A stretch of 64,000 bases of DNA, taken from the NCBI GenBank assembly GCA_032718475.1, contig JAUCBJ010004510.1, positions 1 through 64,000 on the forward strand, written 5' to 3'. Below are positions 41,693-54,511 of the stretch, piece by piece. This DNA is from Nemertoderma westbladi (lineage: Eukaryota; Animalia; Xenacoelomorpha). The position numbers were made by a program, and so were the translations under genes. Every line of letters begins with the position of its first letter. The first letter of the stretch is position 1. The notes under the pieces are model-generated. The model was given only the letters and a program-made list of their open reading frames with translations, was not told where the DNA came from and made no database searches.

Positions 41693-41940
41693 TGGTAGAG
41701 ATTTAATGATAATTACAGTTTCTCAGTATTTATTAATTGGTATGTTATCTTAATAGGTTTACATTCTCAAAACACTCTCAAGACGTTTATAATATTGTTA
41801 CTAATAATGGCAATGTTCGATTTATACCGAGTGAGCGGGTATAGTGCAAGAACAAACAACATTGTCAAAAAACAGTCCTAATCAGTGACTCAGGCAATAA
41901 GTTTGTTTACAATTAATTATAAAATTGTCTCCCAGTTCGG

Positions 41941-43053
41941 ATGGGTGGCCTGGGGATCAGTTCAGCATGCGTGCTCGCTCCTTCCGCTTTCATTGCCTCA
42001 GCGGCTGCATGCTCCGATCTCTCAGGCCGCCTATTTAGAACGGACGGGAGCCACCCCGATCCTGCAATTGCCCTCGCTACCAACGCGCGGGACGCACAAC
42101 TTCCAACTTTTACAGACACTCACGTTCCCACTGCCACCGCACCTACACCATCACTCACTTCTCCCACTGACACCACATCCACAGTTACTTCCCACACTGG
42201 CACCACACCACCTGCCACTTCCTCCACTGACGCCATACAACGTGTCCTGATACAGCCGGTCCACGAGGCGTCCCTTGCTTCCATCCGCGAGGGGGCACTG
42301 CCACTCGATACTGCGCGCCTAAATTGTATCAAGAACGATGTGTCGGGTTGCTGGCTTGAGGCCATTCCGGTCAGCTCGCTGGGCCTGAAACTTACGGGCG
42401 CGCAGTTGCAAGTAGCAGTCGCAATACGCCTTGGTAGCCCGGTCACCGAGCCTCACAAATGCGCCCGCTGTGACGACCCAGTCGCACCCAACGGTCTCCA
42501 TGGCCTCTCCTGTAAGAGGAGCGCCGGGCGACACGCACGCCACGCCATGGTCAATGACCTGGTTAAGCGTGCGTTGACCAGCTGCAGGATCCCAGCTATG
42601 CTGGAACCTCCAGGCCTCTGCAGGAGTGGCGGGAAGCGAGTCGACGGAGTAACCATGGTTCCATGGAAACATGGTAAATCCGTCACTTGGGATGCGACTG
42701 TGGTAGATCCCCTTTGTCCCAGCCACATACACCTTGCCCTGACTGCTGGGGGTCGCGTTGCGGAGGTGGCTGAGGAGAAGAAAACAGCCAAATACCGGGA
42801 GCTAGTCGACCGGGGCTACATCTTCTCCCCGGTTGCCTTTGAGACCTACGGCTGTCCGGGCTCTTCCACTCGCAGTTTCCTGAAGGAGATCGGCGACCGT
42901 ATACGTAGTGTCACCAACGAGCCGCGGTCGCACCGATTCCTCCTACAGAGGCTCCTCATTGCCATTCAGATCGGCAATGCCGCTTCGATCTTAAGTAGCT
43001 ATTACAAATTTAATTTTAGGAATAAAATGTTAGAATACATCTTTACCAAATAA
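41941..43053 (+). mobile_element. 3' portion of a CRE-like (RLE-type) non-LTR retrotransposon
   Basis: GGLGISSA (RT thumb end), CCHC-like knuckle CARC...HGLSC, RHAMVND and EPPGL...KRVDG...WDAT...E..K..KY (restriction-like endonuclease, with PD changed to VD); the RT core is missing. Confidence 0.8.
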
Positions 43054-43138
43054 AATGTTATGGTGTTGTGTTGTTTTTGCACTCTGATCAAGCTATTATT
43101 CCTAATTCACCCGATTCATAATTGCCAGTGAAACCCTG

Positions 43139-44024
43139 TCACCTCGTATAAACAACTTGTTTCAACCGCTTCTGCGTATCTCCCCGTCGCAGTTCGTTGT
43201 ACGTCAACAGCGAGACACCCAACTGGTCCTCTCGACTCAAGGGCTGGGCCATGAGCTTAAGGAACCGCTTACACACCGACACCGCCTCGTCGGTACTCAA
43301 GGACGAGTTCGACTCCTCGATGTGTTCCTGTATCCATCGCGGTAGCCTCCCGCGTTTATCGGCCCGCGAGAACCGCTGATCCGCGAACACCATGATCCCG
43401 TAGTCGGTCTTATTGCGGAGCGCCCGCCCCACGCACTGGGCCGCGTGTCGCATCGCGTCGAACGTGAGGAAGTCGTTCTCCTTGATGTTGTACTGCTCGC
43501 GAAGGTACTCGAGTCTGGCCTTCAGTATGCGACTCTGCGTGTACACGTAAGGGATGCCGAACATAACGACCGCGCGACCCAGATGGTGAGCGAAATCGAT
43601 TCCTTCCGAGACTTTTCCGCGAGCAACGCTAAGGAAGATTGCTCCTCTACCGGTGTCGCAGGCACGATGATAGTTGAGCAGAGCGATGCTCGTCTCCACC
43701 GCATCTTGAGTCTCTATAAAGAGTAGTTTGTACTTGAGTAGTTGGTCTATAATTCCCTGCTCGTACCAGGTAGCCATTACCGTCTCCATGTAGATGTAGC
43801 TCACGAAGAAACAGACGACCCCGTCCGGGACCGTGCGCGCGAGTTCCAGCAACAGGTTGCCGTAGTTACGGGTCACCGAGGGGTCCTCGCGCGCCTCGAA
43901 CTTGGAGGTCATGGCGACCTGGTCGTTGCCCTTGGCAACTATTATCGGGCACAGACAGTTGCGCGCCAATGACATAGTTAGTGACGTCATTAGTACTGGA
44001 CGGAAGTCCAGAATCTTTGGGTAC
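43139..44024 (-). CDS. ERCC2: XPD helicase, exon 3
   Basis: YPKILDF...VPDGVVCFF...[13 protein letters not shown]...[16 protein letters not shown]; acceptor TTCCTTTCCAG|G; stop TGA. Confidence 0.95.
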
Positions 44025-44139
44025 CTGGAAAGGAAACAATGAGACAATTGTTTGCTACTTTCCGTACTTTTATCAAGGCCAGATAAATAACCAAGATATA
44101 CCAGACAAAAAAATTAACACAACTAATGCCCCTAAAAAC

Positions 44140-44300
44140 GGCGCAGTCGTTAGATCCATTTCCTTGAATTCACATCTCTCAGGAGGTCGGGGGTTCGATC
44201 CCCACATGAGGACCATATACGGGGTTTTCCACGCCGGTGATTTCATTTTCAATGTCAGTTTTTACGTTTGACGGCTTCTTGACTGTTTGTCACTATGTAT
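44140..44300 (+). mobile_element. Possible tRNA-derived SINE fragment in ERCC2 intron 2
   Basis: GGCGCAGTCGTTAG (A-box-like) and GGGTTCGATCCCC (B-box); no full cloverleaf. Confidence 0.35.
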
Positions 44301-44489
44301 GGCTGGGCTGTAGGTCAGTCAGTCCGTTACATAGATAGACAGACAAACATAAATACCGTGTTGATTCCAAACATTAATACTGGCATCAGAAATACAATTC
44401 CCGACCACAAAATCTTGACTCGATTGGGAACTTGCTTTACTTTTTAACAGAGAAACCTTGAAAATATGCCTTATATCGATACCGGTATG

Positions 44490-44712
44490 CAAACAGACAA
44501 ACATACACACATACAGACAAACAAACATACAGACAGACAAACAAACAGACAGATAGGCAGACAAACATACATACAGACAAACAGACAGACAAAGATACAG
44601 ACGGACAGACAAACATACAGATAAACATACAGACAGACAGACAAACAAACATACAGGCAGACAGACCTACAGGCAGACAGACATACAGGCAGACAGACAG
44701 ACAGACAAACAT

Positions 44713-44751
<39 letters not shown>

Positions 44752-44756
44752 AACAT

Positions 44757-44791
<35 letters not shown>

Positions 44792-44965
44792 AACAAACAT
44801 ATAGACAAATATACACACAAACAAACATACAGGAAGACAAACATACATACAGACAGACTGACAAACAAACAAACATACAGACAGAAAAACATACAGATAT
44901 ACAGACAGACCGACAAACAAACATAAAGACAGACAAACAAACATACAGACAAACAAACATACACG
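44490..44965. repeat. Compound (AGAC/AAAC/ATAC)n microsatellite in ERCC2 intron 2
   Basis: Direct inspection; it is the source of the CLSV-rich spurious ORFs. Confidence 0.95.
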
Positions 44966-45651
44966 AACGAACGACGAAATAAACTAAATAACTGAATAAG
45001 AAAACCTCCATATTGGTAACTATAATTATGTTGGTTATTGAATATCCATTCAGAAACCTCCAAATATGAGATGTTTAAAAATCCCTCCACTTATTGAAAA
45101 TGGCGGGAAGGTTTGTAAATTTTAAATCAAATTTTCTTTAAATCAAATTTTCTTAGTCCTTTGTTCTGTAATCATCTCCGACCTTATCTTACTAAATTGA
45201 CAATAACTTAAAAACGAAGAGAGCAGGCAATAATAACAAGCGGTTCTCAATGTGAAATTGTTCGTTAAAATTATAGATATGAAACAAACAAAAAGTTCAG
45301 AACCATTTTTTTGTCAATTGACCCAGGGCTTTCTTTCTATTATCACTATTTTATAAGTCTTATGTGTGCATACTAATGACGTTATGTGATTATATTTAGA
45401 ATGACGAGGTGACATAGTCAATATACATAGTAAATGTATGGCATAGGGACATACTAGAGAAATAATGTCGCGCTGAGATATAAAGCTGGAAAATAAGGAG
45501 ATTTGGTACATTAGTGTGAAATTAATTCCATACTAATAAATAAATAATTAAATACTTAATGGAGTTCAATGTATTTTTCCGGCGTTAAATAAATTTAGTG
45601 GAATACAACAAACTGTGACTTTCCATTATAGTAAACGCCAGTCCAACTTAC

Positions 45652-46112
45652 ATATCGAGTGGAGAGAGAGTCCCTGAGGTGATTACCACGCTCTGGAACT
45701 GTCGGAAGACGGGTTTAATGGCGATGGATGCGTCGGCGCAGGCGAGACGCAAAGTAGGGTTGGAGACGGTCGGGGCGTGCGGCTCCCAGGGTTCTATGAT
45801 TACGGTGAACCCCTTGGAGTAGGTGGACACGAGAGTAGCGAAGTTACACAGGAGCGCGACGGGGTAGAAGTTGTCGATATCGGTGAGTTGGAGCGTTCGG
45901 ACCATCCGATGGAGTCGTTCCGCGCAGAATCGCAACGGTTTGCGCTCGATGCAGACACGACTCAGGGTGTCTGCGAGGAACGCCGGTGGGCTTTCGGATA
46001 CAACGTGGCGCGCTTTCAGTCGCGACTTCATGTATTCGAGGAATCGTTTAACGAAGGATATAAAGTGAGTCGCGTTGCGAATATTACCGGGTACTGCCTC
46101 GTCTAAAACAGC
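45652..46112 (-). CDS. ERCC2: XPD helicase, exon 2 (461 bp)
   Basis: [12 protein letters not shown]...[12 protein letters not shown]...[12 protein letters not shown]; acceptor CTCCCGCAG|, donor AT|GTAAGT. Confidence 0.95.
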
Positions 46113-46157
46113 CTGCGGGAGATAAAGCATTAATTACGAATTAATCACGAATTATCA

Positions 46158-49100
46158 TTTGTTCCCATAATTTATTTCGTTGTTCCCATAACTTATCATT
46201 TGTTCCCATAATTTATTTCTTTGTTCCCATAACTTAGCATTTGTTCCCATAACTTATTTCCTTGTACCCATAACTTAGCATTTGTTCCAATAACGTATTT
46301 CCTTGTTCCCATAACTTAGCATTTGTTCCCATAACTTAGCACATGTTCCCATAACTTAGCATTTGTTCCCATAACTTATTTTCTTGTTCCCAAAACGTAT
46401 TTCCTTGTTCCCATAACTTAGCATTTGTTCCTAAAACTTATTTCCTTGTTCCCATAACTTAGCATCTGTTCCCATAACTTAGCATCTGTTCCCATAACGT
46501 ATTTCCTTGTTCCCAAAACTTATTTCCTTGTTCCCATAACTTAGCATCTGTTCCCATAACTTATTTTCTTGTTCCCAAAACTTATTTCCTTGTTCCCATA
46601 ACTTAGCATTTGTTCCTAAAACTTATTTTCTTGTTCCCAAAACTTATTTCCTTGTTCCCATAACTTAGCATTTGTTCCTAAAACTTATTTCCTTGTTCCC
46701 ATAACTTAGCATCTGTTCCCATAACTTAGCATCTGTTCCCAAAACTTATTTTCTTGTTCCCAAAACTTATTTCCTTGTTCCCATAACTTAGCATTTGTTC
46801 CTAAAACTTATTTCCTTGTTCCCATAACTTAGCATCTGTTCCCATAACTTAGCATCTGTTCCCATAACGTATTTCCTTGTTCCCAAAACTTATTTCCTTG
46901 TTCCCATAACTTAGCATCTCTTCCCATAACATATTTTCTTGTTCCCAAAACTTATTTCCTTGTTCCCATAACTTAGCATTTGTTCCTAAAACTTATTTCC
47001 TTGTTCCCATAACTTAGCATCTGTTCCCATAACTTAGCATCTGTTCCCATAACGTATTTCCTTGTTCCCAAAACTTATTTCCTTGTTCCCATAACTTAGC
47101 ATCTGTTCCCATAACTTAGCATCTGTTCCCATAACGTATTTCCTTGTTCCCAAAACTTATTTCCTTGTTCCCATAACTTAGCATCTGTTCCCATAACTTA
47201 GCATCTGTTCCCATAAAGTATTTCCTTGTCCCCAAAACTTATTTCCTTGTTCCCATAACTTATTATTTGTTCCTAAAACTTATTTCCTTGTTCCCATAAC
47301 GTATTTCCTTGTTCCCAAAACGTATTTCCTTGTTCCCATGACTTAGCATTTGTTCCTAAAACTTATTTCCTTGTTCCCATAACTTAGCATCTGTTCCCAT
47401 AACTTAGCATCTGTTCCCATAACTTAGCATTTGTTACCATAACTTAATTCCTTGTTCCCATAACTTAGCATTTGTTCCCAAAACTTATTTTCTTGTTCCC
47501 ATAACTTAGCATCTGTTCCCATAACTTAGAATCTGTTCCCATAACTTAGCATTTGTTCCCATAACTTATTTCCTTGTTCCCATAACTTAGCATTTGTTCC
47601 CAAAACTTATTTTCTTGTTCCCATAACTTAGCATCTGTTCCCTTAACTTAGCATTTGTTCCCATAACTAATTTCCTTGTTCCCATAACTTAGCATTTGTT
47701 CCCATAACTTATTTCCTTGTTCCCATATCTTAGCACTTGTTCCCATAACTTAGCATTTGTTACCAAAACTTATTTTCTTGTTCCCATAACTTAGCCTCTG
47801 TTCCCATAACGTATTTCCTTGTTTCCAAAACTTATTTCCTTGTTCCCATAACTTAGCATTTGTTCCTAAAACTTATTTCCTTGTTCCCATAACTTAGCAT
47901 CTGTTCCCATATCTTAGCATCTGTTCCCATAACTTAGCATCTGTTCCCCTAACATATTTCCTTGTTCCCAAAACTTATTTCCTTGTTCCCATAACTTAGC
48001 ATATGTTCCCATAACTTAGCATCTGTTCCTATAACGTATTTCCTTGTTCCCAAAACTTATTTCCTTGTTCCCATAACTTAGCATCTGTTCCCATAACTTA
48101 GCATCTGTTCCCATAAAGTATTTCCTTGTCCCCAAAACTTATTTCCTTGTTCCCATAACTTAGCATCTGTTCCCTTAACGTATTTTCTTGTTCCCAAAAC
48201 GTATTTCCTTGTTCCCATAACTTAGTATTTGTTCCTATAACTTATTTCCTTGTTCCCATAACTTAGCATCTGTTCCCTTAACGTATTTCCTTGTTCCCAA
48301 AACGTATTTCCTTGTTCCCATAACTTAGCATTTGTTCCTAAAACTTATTTCCTTGTTCCCAGTATTTCCTTGTCCCCAAAACTTATTTCCTTGTCCCCAA
48401 AACTTATTTCCTTGTTCCCATAACTTAGCATCTGTTCCCTTAACGTATTTTCTTGTTCCCAAAACGTATTTCCTTGTTCCCATAACTTAGCATTTGTTCC
48501 TAAAACTTATTTCCTTGTTCCCATAACTTAGCATCTGTTCCCTTAACGTATTTTCTTGTTCCCAAAACGTATTTCCTTGTTCCCATAACTTAGCATTTGT
48601 TCCTAAAACTTATTTCCTTGTTCCCATAACTTAGCATATGTTCCCATAACGTATTTCCTTGCTACCAAAACTTATTTCCTTGTTCCCATAACTTTGCACT
48701 TGTTCCCATAACTTAGCATTTGTTCCCAAAACTTATTTTCTTGTTCCCAAAACTTAGCATATGTTCCCATAACTTAGCATCTGTTCCCATGACTTAGCAT
48801 CTGTTCCCATAACTTAGCATTTGTTCCTAAAACTTCTTTCCTTGTTCCCATAACTTATTTACTTGTTCCCATAACTTAGCATTTGTTCCCATAACTTATT
48901 TCTCGTTCCCATAACTTAGCATCTGTTCCCATAACTTATTTCCTTGTTTCCATAACTTATTTCCTTGTTCACATAACTTAGTATTTGTTCCCATAACTTA
49001 TTTCCTTGTTTCCATAACTTAGTATTTGTTCCCATAACGTATTTCCTTGTTCCCAAAACTTATTTCCTTGTTCCCATAACTTAGCATCTGTTCCCATAAC

Positions 49101-51728
49101 TTAGCATCTGTTCCCATAAAGTATTTCCTTGTCCCCAAAACTTATTTCCTTGTTCCCATAACATAGCATCTGTTCCCTTAACGTATTTTCTTGTTCCCAA
49201 AACGTATTTCCTTGTTCCCATAACTTAGTATTTGTTCCTAAAACTTATTTCCTTGTTCCCATAACTTAGCATCTGTTCCCTTAACGTATTTCCTTGTTCC
49301 CAAAACGTATTTCCTTGTTCCCATAACTTAGCATTTGTTCCTAAAACTTATTTCCTTGTTCCCAGTATTTCCTTGTCCCCAAAACTTATTTCCTTGTCCC
49401 CAAAACTTATTTCCTTGTTCCCATAACTTAGCATCTGTTCCCTTAACGTATTTTCTTGTTCCCAAAACGTATTTCCTTGTTCCCATAACTTAGCATTTGT
49501 TCCTAAAACTTATTTCCTTGTTCCCATAACTTAGCATATGTTCCCATAACGTATTTCCTTGCTACCAAAACTTATTTCCTTGTTCCCATAACTTTGCACT
49601 TGTTCCCATAACTTAGCAGTTGTTCCCAAAACTTATTTTCTTGTTCCCAAAACTTAGCATCTGTTCCCATAACTTAGCATCTGTTCCCATAACTTAGCAT
49701 TTGTTCCTAAAACTTCTTTCCTTGTTCCCATAACTTATTTACTTGTTCCCATAACTTAGCATTTGTTCCCATAACTTATTTCTCGTTCCCATAACTTAGC
49801 ATTTGTTCCCATAACTTATTTCCTTGTTCCCATAACTTATTTCCTTGTTTCCATAACTTATTTCCTTGTTCACATAACTTAGTATTTGTTCCCATAACTT
49901 ATTTCCTTGTTTCCATAACTTAGTATTTGTTCCCATAACTTATTTCCTTGTTCCCATAACTTAGCATCTGTTCCCATAACTTAGCATCTGTTCCCATAAC
50001 TTAGCATCTGTTCCCATAACGTATTTCCTTGTTCCCAAAACTTATTTCCTTGTTCCCATAACTTAGCATCTGTTCCCATAACTTAGCATCTGTTCCCATA
50101 AAGTATTTCCTTGTCCCCAAAACTTATTTCCTTGTTCCCATAACTTATCATTTGTTCCTAAAACTTATTTCCTTGTTCCCATAACGTATTTCCTTGTTCC
50201 CAAAACGTATTTCCTTGTTCCCATGACTTGCATTTGTTCCTAAAACTTATTTCCTTGTTCCCATAACTTAGCATCTGTTCCCATAACGTATTTCCTTGTT
50301 ACCAAAACTTATTTCCTTGTTCCCATAACTTAGCATTTGTTCCTAAAACTTATTTCCTTGTTCCCATAACTTTGCACTTGTTCCCATAACTTAGCATTTG
50401 TTCCCAAAACTTATTTTCTTGTTCCCAAAACTTAGCATCTGTTCGCATAACTTAGCATCTGTTCCCATAACTTAGCATCTGTTCCCATAACTTAGCATTT
50501 GTTCCTAAAACTTATTTCCTTGTTCCCATAACTCAGCACCTGTTCCCATAACTTAGCATTTGTTCCCAAAACTTATTTTCTTGTTTCCATAACTTAGCTT
50601 CTGTTCCCATAACTTAGCATCTGTTCCCATAACGTATTTCCTTGTTTCCAAAACTTATTTCCTTGTTCCCATAACTTAGCATTTGTTCCTAAAACTTATT
50701 TCCTTGTTCCCATATCTTAACATCTGTTCCCATAACTTAGCATCTGTTCCCATAACTTAGCATCTGTTCCCATAACGTATTTCCTTGTTCCGAAAACGTA
50801 TTTCCTTGTTCCCATAACTTAGCATTTGTTCCTAAAACTTATTTCCTTGTTCCCATAACTTAGCATTTGTTCCTAAAACTTATTTCCTTGTTCCCATAAC
50901 TTAGCATCTGTTCCCATAACTTAGCATCTGTTCCCATAACTTAGCATCTGTTCCCATAACGTATTTCCTTGTTCCCAAAACTTATTTCCTTGGTCCCATA
51001 ACCTAGCATTTGTTCCTAAAACTTATTTCCTTGTTCCCATAACTTAGCATCTGTTCCCATAACTTAGCACCTGTTCCCATAACTTAGCATCTGTTCCCAT
51101 AACGTATTTCCTTGTTCCCAAAACTTATTTCCTTGTTCCCATAACTTAGCATTTGTTCCTAAAACTTATTTCCTTGTTCCCATAACTTAGCATCTGTTCC
51201 CATAACGTAGCACCTGTTCCCATAACTTAGCATCTGTTCCCATAACGTATTTCCTTGTTCCCAAAACTTATTTCCGTGTTCCCATAACTTACCATTTGTT
51301 CCTAAAACTTATTTCCTTGTTCCCATAACTTAGCATATGTTCCCATAACGTATTTCCTTGTTCCCAAAACTTATTTCCTTGTTCCCATAACTTAGCGTTT
51401 GTTCCTAAAACATATTTCCTTGTTCCCATAACTTAGCATCTGTTCCCATAAAGTATTTCCTTGTTCCCAAAACTTATTTCCTTGTTCCCATAACTTAGCA
51501 TTTGTTCCTAAAACTTATTTCCTTGTTCCCATAACTTAGCATATGTTCCTATAACGTATTTCCTTGTTCCCAAAACTTATTTCCTTGTTCCCATAACTTA
51601 GCGTTTGTTCCTAAAACATATTTCCTTGTTCCCATAACTTAGCGTTTGTTCCTAAAACATATTTCCTTGTTCCCATAACTTAGCGTTTGTTCCTAAAACA
51701 TATTTCCTTGTTCCCATAACTTAGCACT
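46158..51728. repeat. 20/21-bp two-monomer satellite (about 5.6 kb) filling ERCC2 intron 1
   Basis: Interleaved monomers TTGTTCCCATAACTTAGCAT and TTGTTCCCAAAACTTATTTCC with variants. Confidence 0.95.
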
Positions 51729-51742
51729 TGTGCTGTGTGTAC

Positions 51743-52678
51743 CTGTGGGAGCGCGGGATTAGCCAGGGTCGCCTCGTTATCTCTACCCTCCGCAGCCTCC
51801 CGCAACCCCTCCACCAGCTCCCTGTACTCCTCCTCCAGTCTCCCGCTGTCCGACTCCTTTATCCGCTCCAACTCCCCGGACAGACTCGCTATGTTCCCGT
51901 CGCAACGCTCCAACGTGCGACGCGTTATAGTAACGCTCATACTCTCTATACACACGTTGTCAATGTTATGCGCCTCGTCGAATACAACTACCGAGTTCCT
52001 GGGGAACTTGGCCGAGACTATCTGGGCGATCTTCGGATCTAAAAGGTAATGGTAACTGAACACAACGATATTGGCTTCCTCTAGGGCTCTTCTACCTAGG
52101 AAGTAAGGGCAGTAGGATTTATAGAGACCGTGTTCCTTCAAGTCGTCTAGTCCGTAGACTCCCGTGGGGAGTGGGTCCTCGCGGCCGGAGGAGTCCCACG
52201 TCGCGTAGTAACTGCAAACCGACACGGATCGGTCGAGTTTTCTGCGTTCTAGAACGTGGGAGGCGGTGAGTCCGTAGCAACGCGCGTCCACCGAGCGTCC
52301 ATCGCGGATCGCGCTAACCTCGGGGTGGACGCAGAGATTCCGACGGGAACTCATGGCCAGACACAGGAGCCCCAGACCGCTGCCGGTCTCTGCTTTGTAG
52401 AAGGAGTCCAATTGTTTGAGTTCCTCGACGACTTTCTCTATCTCCGGGACAGTTCGCGAACAATATATGAGTTTGGATAGAGTCTCGGGGAAGGCGCGGA
52501 GGTAGGCGACGATAAGGGATAGCAGGGAGACCGTCTTACCGGTACCGGACGGCATCTCGAGAACGCAGTGGCCTTTGGCGTCGAGAGCCGATTTGAGTTC
52601 CCGCATATAGGCGAACTGTTCCGGGTAGATGTACTCGTAGGGGAATAAAACTTCCAATCCGTCAAAATCCAACTTCAT
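51743..52678 (-). CDS. ERCC2: XPD helicase, exon 1 (936 bp); the three exons total 760 aa
   Basis: [19 protein letters not shown] (Walker A), Fe-S cysteines (LCVHP, CPYF), DEAHNID; donor CAG|GTACAC. 936+461+886 = 2283 nt. Confidence 0.95.
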
Positions 52679-52826
52679 TGTTAATAACTTGTCGTGTGGT
52701 ACGGTAGTTCGAAAAGACAGGAAGAGTTACTGTAACTGCTTAAAACCGCCCACGTTAAACCAGTAAACGGCAATTAAATATATATTATATTATTACCGTA
52801 CAGCGCTACTCAGGTAGTTGAGTGAG

Positions 52827-53273
52827 TTAATCGCATACGAATTTCATCATAAAATCGAAATCTCTGTAACTGACACGGCCATCCCCATCTCTGTCCACTT
52901 CGTCGAATACTTTACGAAGAGTCAACTCGGGGATATTCGGAGCGAATAAATTAATCGCGCGTTTCAAATCCGCCAACGTTATAAATCCTTTGCAATCCAC
53001 GTCGAAAGCATTAAATATTTGTCGTATGTTTACGTTATTGTCCTCGCTTTTGGCCCTAACATTTACTGCCGTAACGAATTGATTGGAGTTCAGCGTGTCT
53101 CTCGCCCCAACTTTTCGGAATGTTTCGTTCACTTCGTATTTAGAAGGTTTGTACCCGAATATTCGTAGCACGGCTACTTTAAAATCTTCGCGCGATAAAT
53201 ACGATTTATTCCCGCTATCCGCTTCATTGAATACTTTTAGTAACTCCTTCGTGGTAAATCGTAATGTTACCAT
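52827..53273 (-). CDS. EFCAB11: EF-hand calcium-binding domain protein 11-like, single exon, 148 aa
   Basis: YLSREDFKVAV..FGYKPSK, IFNAFDVDCKGFIT and EVDRDGDGRVSYRDF match EFCAB11 (recalled); first ATG at 53273. Confidence 0.8.
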   Translation of the reverse strand: MVTLRFTTKELLKVFNEADSGNKSYLSREDFKVAVLRIFGYKPSKYEVNETFRKVGARDTLNSNQFVTAVNVRAKSEDNNVNIRQIFNAFDVDCKGFITLADLKRAINLFAPNIPELTLRKVFDEVDRDGDGRVSYRDFDFMMKFVCD

Positions 53274-54511
53274 TGTAAAACACCGGTACACAGTACTGCA
53301 GTACTGCAGTGTGGACACACAAGCGGGTCATTGCAGCATTGCCAGAATGTCAGAGCAGTAGAATGAGGTGGAATGGGCTGCACTGCGAAAAAATTTAATT
53401 ATGTTCACTACTGACTGACTGACTGCACTATTATTCCAAATGGCAACAATTCCGGTTTCAAGTTATAAAGCTTGCTTATCGAAGTGATAATGAGGTTTAG
53501 TGCAGTTAAATTACTTTTACATATTCATTCAACATATTGTACCATTGATCAACATTAATCAATCTTAGATTCGTGGTGGTATTATTATTATTTAGTATTA
53601 TTTATTTAGTAACACCTCATATGATCATAATATGGAGGGAGAAAATCACCAGGTAACACGCAACAGTAAGGTGACGACACAAAGAGACAAGACACATATT
53701 ATAATAATCTAATAATAGTACAAAGCATATCTAAAAATAGTACGAAAATTTGATGGAAAATCTATCGATAATAACAAGTAAATTAAATATGGTAAAATAG
53801 TACGGGACATTATACAGTAGAATAAAATAAAATCATATAAAATAAATATAAAATATTTACATCAATATATTAAATTTACAGTACCAAGTTGACCATCTTA
53901 AGTTTCGAACTAAAGATGTCTAAAGATATTTAACGTAGGCCTACTGCATGTTAATATATTTAAAAAAAACCATCCCACTATTGGAATTGGTGTACTAAAA
54001 TCAACTTCCAGTCACATACTACTGTACATTTAATAACTAACTACAGTATAACTATACATAATCGTGTCTCCAGCAGAAACATGTGAGGTGTGACCTTTAC
54101 AAAAAAAACGTTACTAAACGTTAGTAAAGGTCGCCTTGGGTGTGGCAGTGACTGAAATGACAATTGTTTTAAAAGTGCGCCATAAGAATAGGATTCCGGT
54201 GATGTAAGTTTAATTGTATTGGAAACTTGTACCATTTGTTAATTTCCAACAGTAAATTTATTACTAAAATATATGGAAGCAATCGGATCGGTCGGATCGT
54301 TGGTCAAACTCAGAACAAATAATTTATAATTATATGTGGCGAATTGACTGCCATATGTCCCTAAAATCTGGGGCGAATAGACTATGGGGCGAATATGTCA
54401 AGGGGCGAATCGACTCGCACCCTAGTATTAGTAGCATAAATTATTAACTTTATAAGCGGCGTACAGTGGCGTTACAAAGAACCCTACAGCGTTTGCGTTT
54501 CAGTTTTCACA

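Noticed and set aside
44319-45090. Cys/Val/Leu-rich minus-strand ORFs
   Set aside because: Translations of the (AGAC)n microsatellite in ERCC2 intron 2.
51680-51742. C-terminal [20 protein letters not shown] of the 332-aa ORF
   Set aside because: Read-through into intron 1 and the satellite; XPD homology resumes at 46112.
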